From the NCBI GenBank assembly GCA_964016885.1, contig OZ024743.1, forward strand, positions 343,976,001-344,040,000: DNA of 64,000 nt, read 5' to 3'. Below are positions 53,900 to 64,000 of this stretch, piece by piece. The number at the start of each line of letters is the position of its first letter. Positions within the stretch are counted from its first letter, which is position 1. Below the pieces are notes generated by a model. It saw nothing but the letters and a program-made list of their open reading frames with translations. It was not told the origin of the DNA and did no database searches. The position numbers were made by a program, and so were the translations under genes. The stretch is from Eledone cirrhosa. Taxonomy: Eukaryota.

Positions 53900-54181
53900 T
53901 ACCTCATTAAGGGTTTCAAAACACGTCTGTGATGCGCGAGATAGAATCTCAAAAAGGCGCGGGGGGGGGGGGGGGAGTCAATCACGTGATACAGCGGTCA
54001 AGAAACAGAGCTAAGCCCCTTATGACCCTGATAAAATACCACGAAGGTTGGGGGGGGGGGGGAGTATTTATATCAAAGCCGCAGAAGAGGTGGTATGAGG
54101 AGGCGAGAAGTATGAGTAATGGTAGCTATCCAGCAGTCACTATTACTAATTATATCTAATGTTTCTTCTCTCTTCCTAATG

Positions 54182-54244
<63 letters not shown>

Positions 54245-54245
<1 letters not shown>

Positions 54246-54405
54246 AACTACCAGTAATGGACTGGGTAATAGCTATTACCCAGTGCATAACTGGTACTTT
54301 ATTTTATCGACCCCGTAATGATGAAAAGCAAAGTTAACATCGGCACGATTTGAACTCAGACCGTAAACGGCCGTAACTCTATTCTCAAAGCATGGCGTCC
54401 GTGCA
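54245..54405 (-). mobile_element. SINE family A fragment(s)
   Basis: Core on the minus strand (54275-54405), preceded by a short opposite-orientation piece. Confidence 0.7.
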
Positions 54406-54829
54406 CTCGGAAAGCAAAGACAACAACTAAGTATCTAGTGGACAAGACAGTCGAATTCCAAATTCCTAAAAATTACATTCGTAAAAACCGAGTCCATCTT
54501 GAATTAAATGTCCATATTAGAGCTAAGAAATCCTCTCAAATCCCAACATCAGACATCATCCATATATCCCAAACCCTAACCCGCTCTAAATAGGAGTATG
54601 GGGGAGAATATATATATGTATGGCTGGAGCTATACGGATTCTCTTTGACCAGCTTCATACACCAATATTTATTAAATCTCTCAGGTGAACCTGTATTTAA
54701 TTGTAAGTTGGAAGTTTTTATTTATTCTAAGTTCGATTGATATATTTTTTGCAACTCTGCCTTTGTTCTTTACATAAGTATCGTGGTTGAGTGTTTTGGT
54801 TTATATTCAGTTTTGAAATTTCCCTAACT

Positions 54830-55960
54830 GGAAGCAAGGAAAGAAAAAAAATCCACCCTGACTATGAACCGAACAAGGGAAGCCAAGGGAAGAGCACATG
54901 AAGAGTACACAGTGGCTGACAAGGAAGTGAAGAGAAACATCAAGTAGGACAAGAGAGACTATATCGACAACCTGGCCAGTCAAGAGAGAAAACAGCAGGA
55001 TAAGACAACCTGAAAAACCAGTATCAAGTGATCAAAAAGCTATCAGGCAAATTCTGGTGGACAGTGAAGCCAGTGAAGGACAAGAATGTGAACCCATTGA
55101 TAATAACTGAGGAACAACAGTAACTGCTGAAGCGCTCCACCCCTAAGGTACCATCAGATATCCCACCAGCAGAGACCCCGATCAACTATGATAAACCCTC
55201 AAAATTAGAGATCAAGAAAGCTACCCAGACACTGAAAATGGGAAAGCTACAGAGCAGGACGAAATACCAGCAGAAGCCATCAAAGCAGACATAGAGACAG
55301 CTGTCAACATACTATATAGCCTCTTCAGTAAGATCTGGGAGAAGGAAGATGTCCTGACCCACTGGAAGGAAGGAATCATCATTAAGCTACAGAAAAAAGG
55401 TGACCTCATGACTGCAGAAACTACCGAAGGATCATCTGTCAGTGCTGGGAAGGTTCTCAACAGAGTACTAATGGAGAGGATAAGGAAAGCAGTCGACTCC
55501 AAGATTCGTGATCAGCAGGCGGGATTCCGCAGGAACAGATCCTGCGCTGATCAAATCACCAGCCAACTCATAATTGTGGAACAGTCACTGGAGTGGAATT
55601 CTCCACACTACATCAATTTCATAGACTACGAGAAAGCGTTTGACAAAGTGGACAGAGAGACACCGTGGAAGCTGCTAATGCACTATGCTGTGCCTGAGAA
55701 TTTTATCTCCCTTATCCAGTGCACTTACCAAGACATGAACTGTAAGGTCGCCCACGCCAGCCAATTTTCAGAGAGTCTCGAGTTGAAGACCGGAGTTCGT
55801 GCTTTCTGTCACAGTTCTTCTTCCTTCTGGTCATTGACTGGATAATGAAAACTACTATAACAGTCTGGAACAATGGGATACAGTTGACACCCTGGACACA
55901 ATTGAAAGACCTCGATTTTGTTGATGACCTGGCACTCTTGTTACACAGTCACGGCCAGAT
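54830..55960 (+). pseudogene. Degenerate RTE-clade LINE RT fragment
   Basis: GKA..DEIPAEAIK, WKEGIIIKLQKKGDL, RDQQAGFRRNRSCADQI, FIDYEKAFD, KTGVR, LDFVDDLALL, with stops and frameshifts. Confidence 0.88.
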
Positions 55961-57106
55961 ACATCTTGTTAACAATCGTCAGGTATACATATAAAATAAA
56001 TATGTACGATGTATTTCCGAATATTGCTAGCAAAATATTTGGCATAACACTCGAATAACAAAATTCTTACGTACTGTGCAAAAACAACTTCAAACTCGCT
56101 CACCAATATTCAATCTTTGCTATCCCCCCCCCCCCCCCCCACGCACACACACACACACATACATACACATATATGTATACGCAAACATCTTAAAAAAGAA
56201 TTTGTAACATTTTTATGAATTACTTTTATTCCGTAACCATACCGTATTTTCTTTTCTTATCGTAAATACTGACAAGATTAATCCACTTCATAAGTATTTA
56301 CAGAGTTAACTTTATACGTGTTTCAACTACTCAAATATGTCGTCAGTACAGTTGTCGGGATTTTATTAAATGGAAAATATATTTGTATCAATGTTTGTTT
56401 TCAGTTCTAAACATTGCCATTTATAGTCAAATTTGTATGCAGTTATATAACGCAAACATTTTCAAGTGAAAGTGGATGAAGTTTTAAAGAATACTTATTT
56501 CTCTTGCACAAAATGCGAAGTAGTTTATCAGAAATGTCAAATGTGCGACTTCTCATCTTAGTGGTAGAAGCCTTTGTCATGACTTATCAGAATTTAGCCC
56601 ATCTTCTTCGGTCTATGTTAAAATGGAAATTTCCTGTTGTAAGCAATGCTTCCTTCTTCATTCCCGAACCAACTATTTGTAATAAAAATTACCACGAACA
56701 TTTCGTGCTGAAATCCGATTTTTGTCAATATGATAGATCCGGATTCTTTCTCTTCTTGCCTCAGGAACAAGATATCAGCATTGAAAATATATAAATTAAA
56801 TCAAATTATATAAATATATATGGAATATTCTTAAATTTTCAATAAAGTAAGAAGCATTAATCTTACTGGTTGCGAAAGTAAGCCAGTTTAGATGGATGAT
56901 AGATGATACTTAGATACTTCAAGAACCTGACTTGGTTCCTTTGTGTTCGTAGAAGAAAATGAAACTTATAGTTGCAGTAGGGACATAAAATGTATACGTA
57001 AGTCACAGGCACTTGATGGCTCATTGAACTTCCGTCATATGTGAGATTGTACTGGCCTTATAACTATCGATGTTGTTGGTTTAATGTTCTCTTCATGGTT
57101 AATATA

Positions 57107-57187
<81 letters not shown>

Positions 57188-58011
57188 ATGATGATGGCTG
57201 CAACTAGATTTCGAGTAATGATACTTAAGCATAACCATCACGAACCTGGTTTTTTAGTCTTGCTAGGGAGTTGCCTATGGCCTGCAATACTATGCATCGC
57301 ATAAAAATGTCACATATGAAACGATGCCTGTGTTTGAAGTGAAGAAAAGCTTTGCACGGGGCTAATCTTACTCTCTGAACATCGAATACATTTGCCCCAA
57401 AAGAAGAACTGGTCTACATCATTGGATGCAAACGAAGTCGCAGGTTTTATATCAGAGTGGCCTTCTCCTAGAGAGATGTCTTAATGAAAACTAGAAGTAT
57501 CTCGCTCCACACAAACAAAACATACTTTATTGGATGGCTAGATGACTCTCCTGAGTTCCTAGGCCCTTTGACAGGTTTTGATTTTCATCCTGCAGGGTGT
57601 CCAAAGTCACCTTCATCACCAAGCAAGCTTAGTGGGCTTGCCGGTATAGTTGGTTACATGTTTCCAGTATAAACATATTTATAATACATATTAACAACGT
57701 TGAAGATACAAACATTAGCTCACTTCTCTCTGAAACAGGTTCCTAAATATGAATCATGTTTTCACATGATAACAGACATTAAGGGATAATTTCAAACACA
57801 CACACACACACATATATATATATGTATGTATATGTATAATGTATATGTATATGTATGTATGTGTAATATATATATATGTATGTATATAGGTATGTATGTA
57901 TCTATATGCATATTTAAGTTCTTGCAGTTTGATGAAAGTGACAAGCTATCAAGATAATTGTAATATGAAGACATAAATTTAACATATTTGTATAACTAGG
58001 AGAGGATGTTG

Positions 58012-58087
<76 letters not shown>

Positions 58088-58516
58088 ATGTCTTTGTGTG
58101 TATATATATGAATATAAATATAGAAGTGTGTGTGCGTATATGTGTATAGATGCATACATTCGATTATATTACACAGAGAGGCAAGATAATATAATGTCCT
58201 ACATTGATAACGAAGAAGAAATATAAAACAAAAATATACAAAAGTCTAATTGTAATTTATTTTCTGAGAATGATATAATTTAAAAAACAAAAGAAAAAAA
58301 CACTACTACCCCAACCTTCAGCTCACTTACTCCACTATCATCACCACCTCCATCACAACTACAACAACAAAAGCATAAATGTAATATAAATTAAAATAGA
58401 AAATATATAATAAACACATACACATATTTGTATGTATGTATGTATGTATGTGTGTATGTATGTATGAATTTATGTATATATGTATGTATTTATATGTATA
58501 TATATATATATATGTA

Positions 58517-58606
<90 letters not shown>

Positions 58607-59074
58607 TATTCACAACACATACACACACACACACAGACAGATAGACACACATACACATATAAATACATACATACATATATTGGTATTTGTTTCAATTCTT
58701 TATTCATATTTACATTATAAATTATTTACATATTTACAAATGCAAATTATTTTGAAGAGTTATTCATTCAAATGATAAATCCTTACAAAATGAATATTTA
58801 TTCAACTTTCTATATTTTTTAACATTTTTTTTTATAATTTTTTAAAATTCGTTTGCCTTCTCCAACCGCCAACATGTCTTCATTACCCGCCACCACTTCT
58901 TTAAATTGTTGTTGGAGGTTGTGGGGCTTTGTAGGTATAAATATTCATCGGACTGTCCTCTCTAAGGCTAAAATTAACGAAACAAAATCAAGATGATAAA
59001 TATATATATAATCATGATCACACAATTCCATCATTATAATAAGCTATATTTTGATTAAAAAATCGATATCCATA

Positions 59075-59915
59075 TGTTCACACACACATATATATATGTA
59101 CACACACATATATACTCACACACACATATATATATATGTACACACACATATATACTCACACACACACACAGACACAGACGCACAGACTCACACACACAAA
59201 CACTCACTTACTCACACACATATATACATATATGTACACACACATATATACTCACACACACACACACACACACGCAGACACACACACACACACATACACA
59301 CTCACTCGCTTACACACATATATATATATATGTACACACACATATATATATATATGTACACACACATATATACTCACACACACACAGACACAGACGCACA
59401 GACTCACACACACACATACTCACTTACTCACACACACACACACACATATATACATATATGTACACACACATATATACTCTCTCACACACACACACACGCA
59501 GACACACACATACACACTCACTCACTCACACAGATATATATATGTACACACACATATATATATATATGTTCACACATATATATACTCACACACACATACG
59601 CAGACACACACACATACACACACACTCACTCTCTCACACACACACATATATACTCACACACACACATACACACAGACAGACACACACAGACACTCACTCA
59701 CACACACACACACACGCAGACACACACACTCATACACACTCACTCACTCACACACATATATATATGTACACACACACATATATATATGTACACACACATA
59801 TATACTCACACACACGCACAGACACACACACAGACACACACACACACTCACTCAGACACACACATATATATATGTGTACACACACATATATACTCACACA
59901 CACATACACATATAT

Positions 59916-59966
<51 letters not shown>

Positions 59967-59990
59967 TCTGTGTGTGTGTGTGTATATATG
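59075..59990. repeat. Compound (CA)n/(TA)n higher-order repeat followed by (GT)n
   Basis: Recurrent TATATGTACACACACATATATACTCACACAC..GCAGACAC blocks. Confidence 0.9.
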
Positions 59991-60177
59991 AGTAATAAAT
60001 ACAGAAATAGATTGAGAAAGTAATATATATAACACACAAAACATTCTTTCTCAGAAATAATTCTTTCCATAAACACACATCAACTACAATTTTCATAAAA
60101 TATCTGCACACACACACACGCACACACGTTTATATATGTGTGTGTGTTTGTCTGCATAATATATATATATATATATA

Positions 60178-60231
<54 letters not shown>

Positions 60232-60376
60232 TATATATATATGCAAATATATATATATATATATGTATATATATACATTTATATATATATATATGTTTAT
60301 ATATACATATATATATGTATATATATATATATGAATGTATATATAAATATATATATATGTATGAATGTATATACAT

Positions 60377-60413
<37 letters not shown>

Positions 60414-60802
60414 CACACACACATATATTCATACACACACATATATACAGGCAAACATACATAACACGTGTGCAGAATTTTATCACATGACAAGCAAGAT
60501 TTTGATAAAATTAAAATTATAACTCCTTACAGTTATTTATTCAAAAATGTTCACTGTCCATCTTAGTTCAATACCTCTTGACTTGGATATAGTTTGAACT
60601 ACATACTACCTTCCTCCACCCAGTCAACTTCCTTAAAATAGATCTTCCTAACACAGACCAGCCTTGATCATCTACACATCTAGTTTTCTATGATTCAGGC
60701 TACAGTTGTGTCTGTCAGCTCAACTCATGTGTGTATTATACGTGTAAATCTCTCTCTCCACCTCTTTCTCTCTCTGTCTCTCTGTCTCTCTTTCTCTCTC
60801 GC

Positions 60803-61205
<403 letters not shown>

Positions 61206-61484
61206 GGAGGTGAGTTTTATTGTAGTACAATAAATCAATGCAGATATCGGATAAGAAGCACTCTACAGTTTGTAGGACTGGAGTATACATAATATAATAT
61301 ATAAGATCAAAAGAGAATATGTTGATTTAAAACTGCACTATCCACAAGTGTTTTTAACCTTCATATCATGTCCTCCTATTTTATATGATGAAAACACAAA
61401 TGTTATTGCATGATGATATTTGTTTTTGAAATGCGCATAATAAAATACATGGAACTCTTTTAACCATCTTTTGATCTTATATAT

Positions 61485-61525
<41 letters not shown>

Positions 61526-62966
61526 TGCAATACAAACACAGAGATGCAAAAACAAAAACTTATTAGTATCACGCTTTAGACCAAAAGTTCTCAACCCATT
61601 TTGCCCCTCGAAATCACGAAACGCCCCTTCACTATTTTTCCATTTTTCAATATACTACTGATTTTGATATCAGTAGATTACTGGGCCAAATCAAGTTATC
61701 TTAGAATCTTTAAAAAATACTCGTCCGAATTAAATACAAAAGAGTTTCAGTCCAAAACAAAAGCAAGCTATTTCAAATTATATATTTTTGAAATAAAAAA
61801 AAAAAAGATTTGATCTCAGTCGAAAAAGCTTTTTTTTTTTTTAAATTCTATATTTCACTGTTAGCTGTTGTAATATTTTGAGTGGATAGACAATTGAAAC
61901 TGTAAAGTCAAAATACAAAAGATGCAAAATATGAAGAATTTCTTACCTTTCTCTGAAATCACAAACTCAGGGGAAAGATAGTACTTTGCAAAATAATACA
62001 CCTCGTAGCAAAATAAAATACTTAGTAGCAAGGAATGAGAAAGCAATATCTGTATCCCTTATATATATATATATACATAGATAGATACACACACACACAC
62101 ACGCGCACACACATAAACGCGCACACAAACTTGTGTGTGTGTGTGTGCCTTGGTTTTGGTACAGAAAGAATTTTGACTCCAGTTTCTATTGCCAGGTCAA
62201 AAGCCACTACTCTTTTCAACAACACCAAATAACAACGCCATATATATATACATATATATATATACAATAATATCTTTATATTTGATAATCTCCCATATGG
62301 TTGAGATGCAATTTAGGCAGTATTACGCTGCGCTTTCAAGCAACCAGCCCACTCACCGCAAGGCACCAATCACATTCTTTCTGACTTGACCACTGCCACG
62401 TCACAGTTCTTGAATTCGTTTCTGGCGGGAATAATTTAAGAAAAATCTTCGTCCAAGTGAGTTTGTTTCCTGATGATTTCGAAACTCGTGAATTTATCCT
62501 TAATCGGATATTTCCAAAAAGCGAATGAAACTCCATGGGTAGAAACATAATTTTGGTATGCTTATATACATTTTTTCTTCTAATTTTGATTTTATATCTA
62601 ATTGTGTATGGTTGACGATATATTTAATCGATTTCCACGTGCTATTAGAAATGGTGGGTAAATATTCTATAGCTGTTGATCGCGGATAGATAGCTGTCGT
62701 TTATTTATCTATTATTTCTTCATAGGTGCCTTTTAATCTTATAGCCTTGTTTAATTGTTTTTTTTTGTGTGGTTGATTATGCTGATTGGGAGAGGAGATG
62801 GTGTATATATTTTATCAAATGATTCTATGGACATACTTTATTGTATATTGCTCTGATTGTTGATTATTTACTTAATTAATTCGTCATTGAGCCACATCGT
62901 GAATGGTCGCAAAAAACACATATATATATCTATCTATGATTTTGTCTAGTTTATGTATATGTAAAT

Positions 62967-63053
<87 letters not shown>

Positions 63054-63135
63054 AATGAAGAGAGAAACAGGGAGGGACAGAGAGAGTAAGAAATGTGTGT
63101 CTGTTTGGTAGGTACACGTCTATCTATCTATCTAA

Positions 63136-63187
<52 letters not shown>

Positions 63188-63265
63188 ATATCTATCTATC
63201 TTCAACAGGGGCTCAAACATGGTAGACCAGACTGAAAAAAGAAAATATATGTGTGTGTGTGTGTG

Positions 63266-63310
<45 letters not shown>

Positions 63311-63870
63311 AATATAATTTAGCGAGAATCGTATTTCGGCGGGTAGAAATTAGCGAAACGCAACTTCCATATTGTGCTGACAAGCGCTCGATGGAACTGA
63401 AGAAGATACCAGAGCTATAAACATAAGTTAAAAAGGTCATACACGCTGAGACGATGGTTAAGAAGCCATTAACCACCATAGCCAAAAAAGCGAACAAGCT
63501 AAAACGGGTCAAACTAAATGAGATATGATTGAAATATTTACCCGGACCCTTCATTGGAAGATGGAATGCTCCGAAAGTGGGTTTCTGCAACGCCTAAATC
63601 AATAATACTGTCTGCTTATAAAAATAAGCTTTTGGTATAGAGACCGAACAAGGCATCGCTTTCTCAACGGATATTTGTTCTTCTGTCGGCAGACTCTTGC
63701 AGGTTATGAAACCACATGCGGGAATCTAAGGGGAGAAAAAAAAAAAAAAAAAAAAAAAAAAATTCTTACACACTTAAATATAAATGCATGTATATATACA
63801 AATTATAAATGAATAGCTATGCTATATACATACGTATATGTCTGTATGTCTGTATGTAGATTTATATATG

Positions 63871-63999
<129 letters not shown>

Positions 64000-64000
64000 T

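Noticed and set aside
56504-56794. 96-aa ORF
   Set aside because: TTG start, no domain motif, no evident splice structure.
62466-62495. CTGATGA-TTTC-GAAA-CTCGT motif
   Set aside because: No stem II, no cleavable H17 and only a 3-bp stem I; not flanked by (TA)n; likely chance.

Overview
Repeat-dominated, AT-rich eukaryotic DNA with no convincing host gene. The Nin-type SINEs and the microsatellite density look like an octopus or other cephalopod genome (inference). Main content: (1) three head-to-tail Tx1-clade LINE copies (3701-14066), each ending in (TCTA)n, with copies 2 and 3 starting directly out of the previous (TCTA)n; one has an intact 1145-aa APE-RT ORF2. (2) An intact Penelope-like element (PLE; RT plus GIY-YIG, 48529-53563) with tandem and inverted pseudo-LTRs, flanked by (TA)n, with a variant minimal hammerhead ribozyme (HHR) in each repeat. 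(3) The most unexpected signal: a scattered set of short non-coding elements, most wedged into (TA)n tracts, that carry type I HHR folds. Several have intact cores (16516-16596, 33441-33500, 38238-38290, 38300-38348; 24839-24885 has a U4C variant), palindromic stem III loops, fold-back inversions or terminal redundancy. This looks like a retrozyme-like ecosystem that could be mobilised by PLEs. (4) A tandem/inverted array of a tRNA-like unit, two non-autonomous Helitrons, pogo, mariner and piggyBac-like MITEs, CRE and RTE LINE remnants, many SINEs and large simple repeats. All folds and alignments were done by eye, and coordinates of degenerate elements are approximate.
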